Shown here piece by piece: positions 10,254 through 19,159 of a stretch of 64,000 bases of DNA. Under the pieces are notes generated by a model, which saw only the letters and a program-made list of their open reading frames with translations, searched no databases and was not told the DNA's origin. Each line of letters begins with the position of its first letter. The first letter of the stretch is position 1. A program made the position numbers and the translations under genes. This stretch comes from an uncultured delta proteobacterium. Its GTDB lineage: Bacteria; Desulfobacterota; Binatia; HRBIN30; BPIQ01. The stretch is taken from NCBI GenBank assembly GCA_963761335.1, contig CAVXGR010000025.1, forward strand, positions 1-64,000, written 5' to 3'.

Positions 10254-10943
10254 TCATTGAGCTGCGATCAGCGGCAGAACGGCCGCCAGGCCGGGGCCGT
10301 GGCGGCCGCGGACCTGGAGCGCCTGCATTCCGGCGGCGAGTGCCCCGGCGACGTCCTCTTCGGCGCTGTCGCCGGCGTGCAGCGCTTCGCCGGGGCGCAA
10401 GCCGTGGCGGCGGAGAGCGTGCAGGAAGATTCGCGGGTCGGGCTTGGCGGCGCCGACGCGGCTGGATAGGGTCACCGAGTCGAGAAACGGTGCCAGGCCC
10501 AAGCCGTGCAGCAGCCCCTCGAGGCGCCCGTCGAAGTTGGATATGACGCCGATGACGGCGACGCGGCGGCGCAACGCCGCCAGTGTCGGCACCACATCCC
10601 CATACAGGGCCCACGCCTCCGGGCGGGCGAAGTGCGAGAACAGCGCCGCGAAGAACGCCGGGAAGTCGTCGAATTGATAGGCGGCAAAGGCGCGGCGAAC
10701 GACGTCCGCCCACCAGCGTCGCTCGCAGCTCTCGATGTCCGCGGCCGTCGCTCCGGGAAACGCCATCGGCGGCGCCGCGCGGAAGGCTTCTCGAAAACGG
10801 GCGTCGATCTCCGCGGGGTCGGCGTTCACCCCGAAGCGGGCCGCCTGCCGCGCGTATGCCTGACCGACGGAGGAGCGCAGGTGGAACAACGTGCCCGCGG
10901 CGTCGAAGAAGACGGCGCGCACCATGAGAGGCTCGGAGCTCAT
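10254..10943 (-). CDS. HAD-IA family hydrolase
   Basis: FFDAAGTLF, ISNFD, AKPDPRIF, GDSAEED. Confidence 0.9.
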   Translation of the reverse strand: MSSEPLMVRAVFFDAAGTLFHLRSSVGQAYARQAARFGVNADPAEIDARFREAFRAAPPMAFPGATAADIESCERRWWADVVRRAFAAYQFDDFPAFFAALFSHFARPEAWALYGDVVPTLAALRRRVAVIGVISNFDGRLEGLLHGLGLAPFLDSVTLSSRVGAAKPDPRIFLHALRRHGLRPGEALHAGDSAEEDVAGALAAGMQALQVRGRHGPGLAAVLPLIAAQ

Positions 10944-11066
10944 CGAGGCGCGACGGCGCCGGCCCGATCGATAGCGAAGGGCAGGGCAGGGGTCAACGGC
11001 GCGCCGGGGCGCGGTGACCGGGGCGCGGTGACCGAAGCGGATGATCGTGCTAGGCTCGCCTCTCCC

Positions 11067-11831
11067 ATGAGCCTCGAGAACATCCGCATCGTGCTGGTGC
11101 GGCCGCGCGGTGCGGCGAACCTCGGCGCGGTGGCGCGCGCCATGAAGAACATGGGGCTCGCGGATCTCGTCCTGGTAGAGCCCGGCCCGGTCGGCGGCTT
11201 CGCCTCGCGGGCGTGGGCGGTGCACGCCGGCGATGTTCTGGAGGCGCGGCGGACGGCGCCGTCGCTGGCGGAAGCGGTGCGCGACTGCGCCGTGGTCGTC
11301 GGCACCACGGCACGCGGCGGGCCGTATCGAGATCGAGCCCGCTCGCCGCGCGAGGCGGCGCCGGAGCTGCTCCGGCAGGCGGTGAAGCAGAGGATCGCCC
11401 TCGTCTTCGGCCCGGAGGATCACGGGCTCAGCAACGAAGACCTCAAGCAGTGCCATCAGCTGCTGGCCGTGCCCACCTCGGCGGCCTATCCGTCGCTGAA
11501 CCTGGCGCAGGCGGTGTTGATCTGCGCCTACGAGATCTTTCTGGCTCACGGCGACGGCGCGGCCAGCCCCGGGCCCACGGAGCTGGCGGAGGCCGAGCGA
11601 GTGCAATTCCTCTTCGCCCGCCTGGAGCAGGCCTTGCTCGACATCGGCTTTCTGCACGGCGAGAACCCCGACCACATCATGTTCTCGCTGCGCCGCCTGC
11701 TCGGCCGAGCCGGCATGGAGGAGGCGGAGGTGCGCATCCTCTTGGGGGTGGCGCGGCAGATCGAATGGTTTGCCGCCGGCGGCTGGCGTGAGGCGGAGCG
11801 CCGCCGTGCCGCCGGAGAGAGGCTGAAGTAA
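11067..11831 (+). CDS. trmJ: SPOUT RNA methyltransferase, TrmJ family
   Basis: IRIVLVRP...NLGAVARAMKNMG, VFGPEDHGLSNEDL, YPSLNLAQAV. Confidence 0.88.
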   Translation: MSLENIRIVLVRPRGAANLGAVARAMKNMGLADLVLVEPGPVGGFASRAWAVHAGDVLEARRTAPSLAEAVRDCAVVVGTTARGGPYRDRARSPREAAPELLRQAVKQRIALVFGPEDHGLSNEDLKQCHQLLAVPTSAAYPSLNLAQAVLICAYEIFLAHGDGAASPGPTELAEAERVQFLFARLEQALLDIGFLHGENPDHIMFSLRRLLGRAGMEEAEVRILLGVARQIEWFAAGGWREAERRRAAGERLK

Positions 11832-11839
11832 GGGGCGCC

Positions 11840-12052
11840 ATGGCAGAGGTCATCTCCTTTCAGGACGTCCTCCGCAGCCGCCGGCGGCGCCGTCACCAGG
11901 ATCTCACCGAGGAGTGCGCCCGGGTCATCGAGCTGAACCTGCGCCTGGCGTTGGAGCTCTATGCCAGCGCTCCCGCCGAGGAGCGCACCCTTCGCGCCCG
12001 TCACCTGCGCCAGCTCGGCGAGCTGCTCGAGTTCGTCAGCGCCATGCGCTGA
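11840..12052 (+). CDS. Small hypothetical protein
   Basis: ATG 8 nt after the trmJ stop, GC3-rich codons. Confidence 0.65.
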   Translation: MAEVISFQDVLRSRRRRRHQDLTEECARVIELNLRLALELYASAPAEERTLRARHLRQLGELLEFVSAMR

Positions 12053-12092
12053 GTGAGCCGCGCGCGCGGACCTCGGGTCTCGGCGGGCGGGG

Positions 12093-13598
12093 TCAGAACG
12101 AGTAGCGCAGGCGCATGAAGCCCTCGTCGTTGCGCTTGTACTGCCCGAGTAGAGAGTGCTCGCTGCCGGCGATCGCCAGATAGCCGATGCGCACGTCGAG
12201 GTTGTCGGTGATGTCGACGGTGAGTCGCGGCAGGACCAGCGTGTAGTCGCTGTCGATGGCGTGCATCGCGATCACCTGTGCGTGCACGGTGTCGCGTGCG
12301 AAGCTCTTTCGCAGGTTGACGAGGGCGCGGCTCTCGACGTCGGAGATGAGGAGATCGACGTCGTTGTGAAAGATGTCGGTCTGGTTCAGCTGGAGAAGGA
12401 GAAACCAGCCGTCGAGCGTATAGTCGGCGCCGATACCCCATTCGAAGCTGTCGCGCGTGACATACGACAGAATGTCGACCGGCACCTCCCGGGCTCCCTG
12501 CTCGAAGGCCGTCAACACCTGCACCAGCTGATCGCGGATCTCCGCCGGATTGGCGACCAGGAGGCGCAGGTCGCGCGAGTAGGGGCGCCCGCGGATGAAC
12601 GCTCCCTCGGCGCGCACGGTCACCGGGCCGAAGGTATAGGCACCGTCGGCTCCCCAGGAATCGACGTGCGCGAAGGCCGGCTCGAGGAAGGTCCGGGCGC
12701 TGGGATGCAGCCCGGGTGGCTCGTTGAGGGCATCGACCAGCAGGCGGAAGGCCGGCGAGGTGTCGATGCCGTGGTAATAGTACAGGGCGAAGTCGAGGCC
12801 GTGCGTGTATCCGGATAGACGCAGCGCCAGGCTGCTGTTGTCGAGCCGCCGCGCCGGGGTGACGTTCCGGGTCTCCAGGGTCAGCGGCACCTCGAGCGCC
12901 GGCAGGGGCGGCTGGCCGGGGATGTCGATGAGGCCCTCGGGTACGATGAACAGCCCCGGATTTTCCGCGGCCGGGGGAAACCAGCGGTCGCCTGGCTCGA
13001 CGAAGCGATCGGGAACGAAGATCGGCGCCCAGGCGAGGGTGACCTCCGTCTGCTGCGGCAGCCACGGGCGCTCCGCGACGCTGTAGTCCGCAACCACCGC
13101 CGGGATGCCGATCTTCCGCTCGTCCTGCTCCTGGAGGATCGGGTCCTCGAACTGGTACGGGTTGAAGATATCGTTCGGCTGGGTGCGATCGAGCTTGCCC
13201 CAGTGCAGCTTCTGCTTGCCCAGCCGCAGGTCCAACGGATGCAGGTCGAGGTCGGCGTAGGCCTCCTCCACCTCAATGCTCGGATCGACGTCCTGGAAGG
13301 TATCGTTGAGATTGTAAGTCCCGGCGCGGGTCGCCCGAAAGCGCGGGCCGCCGTTGATGCCGACCGTGGTCGAGTCGAAGCGCAGCCAGTCGGTCAGCTC
13401 GACCGCCAGGCGCAGGCGCAGGAGCTCCTCGGTGCGGTCCCGCGGCGAGGGTCGCTCCGTCTCCAGCACCTCGCGCGCCTCGAGGACGCCGTCGAGATCA
13501 ATCCTGTGACCACCGACGGTGGTGACCATGGCGCGCGCGGCAATCGGGGCTCCGACAAGCAAGATCGAGCTTGCCGCGACCACGAGATATCCGCGCAC
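12093..13598 (-). CDS. Outer-membrane beta-barrel protein, DUF1302-like
   Basis: Signal peptide, EEAYADL...LRLGKQ..HWG, DIFNP, C-terminal LRYSF. Start codon uncertain. Confidence 0.7.
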   Translation of the reverse strand: MRGYLVVAASSILLVGAPIAARAMVTTVGGHRIDLDGVLEAREVLETERPSPRDRTEELLRLRLAVELTDWLRFDSTTVGINGGPRFRATRAGTYNLNDTFQDVDPSIEVEEAYADLDLHPLDLRLGKQKLHWGKLDRTQPNDIFNPYQFEDPILQEQDERKIGIPAVVADYSVAERPWLPQQTEVTLAWAPIFVPDRFVEPGDRWFPPAAENPGLFIVPEGLIDIPGQPPLPALEVPLTLETRNVTPARRLDNSSLALRLSGYTHGLDFALYYYHGIDTSPAFRLLVDALNEPPGLHPSARTFLEPAFAHVDSWGADGAYTFGPVTVRAEGAFIRGRPYSRDLRLLVANPAEIRDQLVQVLTAFEQGAREVPVDILSYVTRDSFEWGIGADYTLDGWFLLLQLNQTDIFHNDVDLLISDVESRALVNLRKSFARDTVHAQVIAMHAIDSDYTLVLPRLTVDITDNLDVRIGYLAIAGSEHSLLGQYKRNDEGFMRLRYSF

Positions 13599-13726
13599 CG
13601 CACCCACAGTCACCAAAAAGACCCGGGTGTGTACCTTGAAACATTTGCGGGTGCAATGTAATCGGAGGCGATGTCCGGCGCGGCGCGGCGGGCAGACCAC
13701 ACATGCGGGAGACCCCGGGAGATCCA

Positions 13727-13975
13727 ATGACCCCCGACGAGCAACTGAGCCACGCCCTGGATGCGGACATCCAGCTGACGCACGAACGCTTCGTGGAGGT
13801 GATGCACGCGCGCCTCGGAGACATGGAGCTGCCGACCAAGGAGCGCTACTTCGCGGTGCTGTCGATCCTGGTGAGCAAGCTGGAGACTCCGGACAAGACT
13901 CTCCGCCAGGTTCTCAAGGAGCTGATGTCCGAGGTCGCCGGCCTCATTCTCGCCGAGCTCGGGTCGCAGGGCTGA
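13727..13975 (+). CDS. Small helical hypothetical protein
   Basis: RBS GGAGA before the ATG, strong GC3 bias. Confidence 0.7.
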   Translation: MTPDEQLSHALDADIQLTHERFVEVMHARLGDMELPTKERYFAVLSILVSKLETPDKTLRQVLKELMSEVAGLILAELGSQG

Positions 13976-14000
13976 GGGCGCGCCCTGCGGGACACTAGGA

Positions 14001-14189
14001 CTAGGGAACCGGCGTATCGGTCGGCACCGGGGTGGCGGTGTCGACTCCCGGCGTCGCGACCACGACCTCCCCGGGGAACTGAAGGTCGCTGTTGCCGCAG
14101 CTGATCATGGCCATGCACATAGCGCCGCCGAGAAGGGCGACGAGAGCGGCGGCGCGCAGCTCGCTCGAGCGGTCGGATCGTTTCTTCAT
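14001..14189 (-). CDS. Small putative lipoprotein
   Basis: Basic N-terminus, hydrophobic stretch, ISC lipobox-like site, Pro/Thr tail, GGAGG upstream. Confidence 0.55.
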   Translation of the reverse strand: MKKRSDRSSELRAAALVALLGGAMCMAMISCGNSDLQFPGEVVVATPGVDTATPVPTDTPVP

Positions 14190-14401
14190 CACTCGCAACA
14201 CCTCCGGCTTACCCTTGGCAGGTCGCTCCGATCATCCGCTTCTGGGCACAGGGCGCAAGGGCCGGACCCGCCGCTGTCGGGGATCCTCGTGGCCATCGTC
14301 CTGACCTCCTCGCATCTGGGAGGAGGGGGCTTGTACCGGCGAGCGGCAAGCGAAGTCCGCAGCTGGGAAGCGCGACTCGCTTCGCTTACAATGCACGCAT
14401 C

Positions 14402-15421
14402 GTGAAATCTGCCTTTCAGTCTCGTCTGGTGAACGGACCGTTCGGGGATCCGGGTCTGCTGGTTTCCCTGCGCTGGCGGGGGCGGGCACTTCTCTTCGAT
14501 CTCGGCCGCATCGATCGCATCCCGGCGGCGGAGCTCCTGAGGGTGCGCTACGTCTTCGTCTCCCACACCCATATGGATCACTTCATCGGCTTCGATCACC
14601 TGCTGCGGCTCTTCCTGGCGCGGCAGAGCCGCATCGATCTGTTCGGGCCGCCGGGGGTGGTCGAGAACGTCTTGGGGAAGCTGCGCGGCTACACGTGGAA
14701 TCTGGTCGAAGGCTATCCCTTCGTGCTGGTCGTGCACGAGGTCGGTCGCCAGGAGATCCGCTCCGCCGTCCTGCCGGCCACGGCGGCGTTCGCGCCGGAA
14801 TGGCTGCCGCCGCAGCCGTTCCGCGGCGTCATTCTCCAGACCGACGGCTTCGCCGTGCGCACCGTCCACCTCGACCATCGCATCGACAGTCTGGGCTATG
14901 CCCTACAGGAGGAGCGTCACCTGAACGTCCGCACCGACGAGCTGGATCGGCTCGCCATTCCCGCCGGCCGCTGGCTCAACGAGCTGAAGGCGGCCATACG
15001 CGCCGGCGCCGGCGACGACACCGAGATCGTCGCCGAGTGGCGCAGCGACGGCGAGCCGCAGCGCCGTTCGCTGCGTCTGGGCGCCCTGCGCCGACAGCTG
15101 TTGGTGGAGGCTCCGGGGCAGAAGCTGGTGTACGTGACCGACACGCTCTTCTCCGCCGCCAATGCGGAGCGCGTCGTCGAGCTGGCGCGCGACGCCGACG
15201 TCTTCTTCTGCGAGTCGCTGATGCTGGACGTCGACCGCGATCAGGCGCTCAAGCGCTATCACCTGACGGCGCGCCAGGCGGGAACCCTGGCGCGCCGCGC
15301 CGGCGTCAAGCGGCTCGAGGTGTTTCACTTCTCGCCTCGCTACGACGGCGAGGCGGAGCGGCTGCGGAACGAGGCCCAGGCGACTTTCAGGGGCGAGGTC
15401 GACGCCGATGAGCCCGTTTGA
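14402..15421 (+). CDS. rnz: Ribonuclease Z-like MBL-fold hydrolase
   Basis: SHTHMDHFIG, LDHRI, YVTD, HLTARQAG, FHFSPRY. Confidence 0.75.
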   Translation: MKSAFQSRLVNGPFGDPGLLVSLRWRGRALLFDLGRIDRIPAAELLRVRYVFVSHTHMDHFIGFDHLLRLFLARQSRIDLFGPPGVVENVLGKLRGYTWNLVEGYPFVLVVHEVGRQEIRSAVLPATAAFAPEWLPPQPFRGVILQTDGFAVRTVHLDHRIDSLGYALQEERHLNVRTDELDRLAIPAGRWLNELKAAIRAGAGDDTEIVAEWRSDGEPQRRSLRLGALRRQLLVEAPGQKLVYVTDTLFSAANAERVVELARDADVFFCESLMLDVDRDQALKRYHLTARQAGTLARRAGVKRLEVFHFSPRYDGEAERLRNEAQATFRGEVDADEPV

Positions 15422-15846
15422 TGAATCTATCTGACGAGGCCCGGCAATTCGCGGACGCCCGGCGCGTGGCGCGACTGGCCACGGCCGATGCCGGCGGCGT
15501 GCCACACGTCGTGCCGCTCTGCTACGCGCTGTGCGCCGACAGCCTCTACTTCGTCGTCGACGAGAAGCGCAAGCGCCCCGGCCGGCGACTGAAGCGCCTG
15601 CGCAACATCGCCGAGAACCCGCGCGTCGCCGTGGTGATCGACGATTACGACGAGGACTGGAGTCGCCTGGCGTATCTCCTCCTGCAGGGCACTGCCGCCC
15701 CGGTGGACGACCGCGCCGAGTACGACGGCGCCCTCGCCGCTCTGCGAGCCCGCTACCCGCAGTACCGCGATATGCCGCTCTCCTTCGAGAAGAACCCGAT
15801 CATCCGCATCCGCATTCAGCAGGAGCATCTGTGGAGAGCCGGCTGA
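15421..15846 (+). CDS. PPOX class F420-dependent oxidoreductase family protein
   Basis: RVARLATADAGGVPHVVP, LKRLRNIAENPRVAVVIDDYDEDWSRL. Confidence 0.85.
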   Translation: MNLSDEARQFADARRVARLATADAGGVPHVVPLCYALCADSLYFVVDEKRKRPGRRLKRLRNIAENPRVAVVIDDYDEDWSRLAYLLLQGTAAPVDDRAEYDGALAALRARYPQYRDMPLSFEKNPIIRIRIQQEHLWRAG

Positions 15847-15872
15847 GGCCGGCGCTCCACAGATGCTCCTGC
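15819..15872. repeat. 25-bp inverted repeat built from the PPOX gene 3' end
   Basis: GCAGGAGCATCTGTGGAGAGCCGGC-TGAG-GCCGGCGCTCCACAGATGCTCCTGC (1 mismatch). Confidence 0.85.
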
Positions 15873-15985
15873 GGTATCTCGGTATCTCGGTGGCTCAGCT
15901 TCTCGGTTTGCGAGTTCTCGGGTTTCCCGTTCAACCGGGCCACTGAGTCACCGAGAAACTGAGGAACCCGACAACCCGCAAACCC
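15872..15985. repeat. Degenerate octamer repeats in mirrored halves
   Basis: CGGTATCT CGGTATCT CGGTGGCT..., then ...CGAGAAAC TGAGGAAC CCGACAAC CCGCAAAC. Confidence 0.65.
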
Positions 15986-15986
15986 T

Positions 15987-17195
15987 TCAGGCGTCCAGAA
16001 TAGCATCCAGCGAATGCCCGCCGACGACCTGGCGCCAGGCCTGCTCGATCTCGGCCTGGGTGATGGAGGCGACCAGGCGCGCCGCCTCGGCGGGGGCGGG
16101 GAATCCGGTGAGAGCGCCCTCGGCCGCGGCCAGGGCGCGATCGATGCGGCTCTGTGCCAGCGACGCATAGCGGTAGCGCAGCTTCTTGCGGGCGCGCACC
16201 AGGTCTTCCGGGTCGAAGCCGTTCTCCACGGCGCGGCGGCAGGTCTCGTCGATCACGCGCAGAAGACGCTTGCCCTGGCCGCGGGCGCCGCTGGCGGCGA
16301 GCACGGCAACCGCCCAGTCGCGTCCCCATTCGAGGTTGGCCGAGACGTCGTAGCCGAGCCCGTGGCGTTCGCGGATCGCCTGGAAGAGGTAGCTGTCTGG
16401 GTCGCTTCCCACCAGGTCGAGGGCGATGCCCGTGGCGATGAGCTGCCGCGGAACCCGGCTGACGGCGACCATGCGCGCCACGTATGCCTGGTTGCCGTTG
16501 CCGCGGCGCAGGCGCAGCAGACCGCTCCGCCCCAGGCGGACCCGCGGCTCCGGCGCCGGCATCTGGGCATCTCCGTGGGCGAAGTGCCGGCGGACCGAAC
16601 GGCGCACCGCCTCGGACGAGGCACCGCCGACGACGGCGAGAGCGCTGCGGCGGTGGGTGAAGTGCCGCCGCAGGAAGCCGCTGACGTCGCTCGCCCGCAT
16701 GTCGCGCAGGCTGCCGATGCTGCCCCACACGGCGTGCGCCAGCGGTCCCCGGAAAAAGTGATTCCACAGCTGCGTGTGCACGTAGTCGACCGGGTCGTCG
16801 ATGCGCCCGCGGATCTCGTCGAGGACGACCCGCCTTTCCTTCTGGAAGCGGCCGGAGTCGATGCGGGTGCGGTAGTACTGGTCGGCGAGCAGGGCCAGGG
16901 CGTGGTCGAGATCCTCGTTGAAGACCTCGAAGGTCATGGCGATGTCTTCGTGGCCGGTATCAGCGTTGTGCTCGCCGCCGAGCTCCGCGGCCCGCCGGTT
17001 GAGGGCCAGCTGGTCGAGCGAGGTGGTCCCCTGGAAGAGCATGTGCTCCGCCATATGGGCGATCCCCGGATGCCTGCCGTCGAAGCGCGCGCCGGCGCGA
17101 ATGCTCAGGGCGATCGCCGTCAGCGGCCCACGCACGTGTTCGTGCAACACGCGCAGGCCGCGGTAGCGGAAGGAGTGGACGCGGTCTTCGGGCAT
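15987..17195 (-). CDS. M16 family zinc metallopeptidase
   Basis: GIAHMAEHMLFQGT (HxxEH), ERRVVLDEI, SYLFQAIRERHGLGY. Confidence 0.92.
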   Translation of the reverse strand: MPEDRVHSFRYRGLRVLHEHVRGPLTAIALSIRAGARFDGRHPGIAHMAEHMLFQGTTSLDQLALNRRAAELGGEHNADTGHEDIAMTFEVFNEDLDHALALLADQYYRTRIDSGRFQKERRVVLDEIRGRIDDPVDYVHTQLWNHFFRGPLAHAVWGSIGSLRDMRASDVSGFLRRHFTHRRSALAVVGGASSEAVRRSVRRHFAHGDAQMPAPEPRVRLGRSGLLRLRRGNGNQAYVARMVAVSRVPRQLIATGIALDLVGSDPDSYLFQAIRERHGLGYDVSANLEWGRDWAVAVLAASGARGQGKRLLRVIDETCRRAVENGFDPEDLVRARKKLRYRYASLAQSRIDRALAAAEGALTGFPAPAEAARLVASITQAEIEQAWRQVVGGHSLDAILDA

Positions 17196-17304
17196 GTGCG
17201 GGTTGATCTCGGCGACGCAGGCGACGACCTTGTCTGAAATGCCCGGTAAAATCCACTCGCCCCGTGCGGTTGCCAGCTGCGGTCTGCTCCGGCATGTTGG
17301 CGCG

Positions 17305-18306
17305 GTGATCGTGGAGACGCGTCGCGATCGGCAGACGACGGCGGCCGGTTGCCGCTCATTCCCGTGGCCCATTCCCGCTCTGCTGGCCGTGGCCGCGCTG
17401 CTCGCCACTCTGGCTTGCCCGGCGATCGTGCAGGCGCAGATCCCCGAGGACGCGGTCCGCGTTTTCTGTCAGCGCGACGGACACGGGGATCGTCTGCGGT
17501 CCGGAACCTGGCCGTCCATCGGCGAGCTGGTGACCTGGCGTCTGGAGCCGGCCTGGGATCGGGTGGTGCTGATCTCCGGCTACCGCATCGGCGGCGTGGT
17601 GCGCGACGGCGATCAGGCGGAGATGGAAATCACCTACGCGTCGGTTGCCGAGGTGACCCCGCAGGGAATCTCCGACGTGTCCGGGCCGGACATCGTCAAG
17701 GTGCACCTGGTGCGCCGCGGCAACGCCTGGCGCCTTCTCGATCCGCCACCACCGCCGCACGTCTTCGAGAACCTCGTCGATCGCGACGACATGGCGGCGT
17801 CGATGGCCCCCGAGAACGCGACCTTCGTCTCCGACTCGGTGTTCATCTGGAGGATGTTTCGCCAGGCCGGCTGGGATCTGTCCTTTGAGCCCGTCGCTCA
17901 CCTTCTCGATCCTGGTACCTTCTTCCCGGTGGCCGAGCCGCGCGTCGGCGACGTGGTGGCTTACGTTCACAATGGCGTGCCCTATCACGCCGGTATCTAC
18001 GAGGGAGAGGACAGCGTGGTCTCGGCGACCATCAACCGCGGCATCATGCGCACGCGCCTGAGCGCCTTCGCCGGCGACCTGCGCTACCTGCGCCTCGGCG
18101 ACGTGGCGCGCCTGGGCGCCGCCACTCCCGGTGCCGAGGGCTCGCCGGCGGCAACCGCAGAGGAGGCCGCCGCCCGGCTGCGGGCGGCAGGGACGCCGGG
18201 CGCAGAGAACCCCGAGGTCGCGGCGCCGCCGCCATCGAGTCGAGCAACCCCATCGCCCGCTCCTTCGCCCACGGGAGCGGCGCAGAGCCCGCAGGAGAGT
18301 CGATGA
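17305..18306 (+). CDS. Secreted protein with degenerate NlpC/P60-like domain
   Basis: Signal peptide, VFIWRMFRQAG...PRVGDVVAY...YHAGIYEG, Pro/Ala tail. Start uncertain. Confidence 0.55.
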   Translation: MIVETRRDRQTTAAGCRSFPWPIPALLAVAALLATLACPAIVQAQIPEDAVRVFCQRDGHGDRLRSGTWPSIGELVTWRLEPAWDRVVLISGYRIGGVVRDGDQAEMEITYASVAEVTPQGISDVSGPDIVKVHLVRRGNAWRLLDPPPPPHVFENLVDRDDMAASMAPENATFVSDSVFIWRMFRQAGWDLSFEPVAHLLDPGTFFPVAEPRVGDVVAYVHNGVPYHAGIYEGEDSVVSATINRGIMRTRLSAFAGDLRYLRLGDVARLGAATPGAEGSPAATAEEAAARLRAAGTPGAENPEVAAPPPSSRATPSPAPSPTGAAQSPQESR

Positions 18307-18977
18307 ATCTCAGCAAAGAACTGATCGTCGCGTTGGCCGTCGCCGTGACGACCGCCAGCTGCGCCAGCAAGCCGGTGACCGCACCGCGAGTGGTGATCCC
18401 GGAAACTGTGCACTCAGAGGTTCGCGTCGCCGGTGACGTGGCCGGAGACTTTGGCGACGTCACGCCGATGGCGATCGGGCTGTCGAACGGCGCGTCGACC
18501 AACTACGCCATCCGCAGCGATCGGGTACTGGCGCTCGATCAGGAGGGGCGCTGGATCGCGCCGCTGTCAAACGACGAGGCGATTCGGCAATCCGGAGGCG
18601 GCACGGCTCTGCTCGCCGGTCTCAAGGGAGCCGGGGGTGGGGCGCTGCTCACCGGAGTGCTCGGGGCGGCCACCGGCGCCATCGTTGGAGCCGCCAGCGG
18701 CGGTGCCGGCAAGGGCGCCGCCGTGGGGGCTGGGATCGGCGTCGCCACCGGAGCGCTGGCGGGATTCTTCGAATCGAAGAACAAGACGGACGCGGAGATC
18801 GCCGACCAGATCCGCTCCATCTCTCTCGGAGCGGAGACGCTGAAGCCGGGGCTGCCGGTGAGCGGCTTCGTCTTCTTCCCGAAGGGAGACTACTACGCCG
18901 TGAAGGTGATCCTCGTGAACCAGTCGACCGAAGGCGTCGAAGAGGTGCAGGCGAGAATCGAGCCGGAGGAGGAGTGA
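18303..18977 (+). CDS. Glycine-zipper lipoprotein
   Basis: TASC lipobox, GAATGAIVGAASGGAGKGAAVGAGIG, ATGA overlap with the upstream gene. Confidence 0.78.
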   Translation: MNLSKELIVALAVAVTTASCASKPVTAPRVVIPETVHSEVRVAGDVAGDFGDVTPMAIGLSNGASTNYAIRSDRVLALDQEGRWIAPLSNDEAIRQSGGGTALLAGLKGAGGGALLTGVLGAATGAIVGAASGGAGKGAAVGAGIGVATGALAGFFESKNKTDAEIADQIRSISLGAETLKPGLPVSGFVFFPKGDYYAVKVILVNQSTEGVEEVQARIEPEEE

Positions 18978-19159
18978 CCTAGCCCGCATATCTCACCAGC
19001 TTTCGTCGCGAGACCGCGGAGAGGCCCGCAGATCAAGGCCGCACGGACTGAGGCCGACGCAGGCATAGTCGTGCACTATGTCGAGGAGGCCGGAGGGAGT
19101 ACGGCCTTGAGATGTGGGCCTATCGGCGGTCGCAGCAGAAAGCTGGTGAGAAATGCGGG

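Noticed and set aside
15844..15872. Selenocysteine recoding of the PPOX TGA
   Set aside because: The TGA lies in the loop rather than upstream of a SECIS stem, the domain is already complete, and the downstream sequence is repeat.
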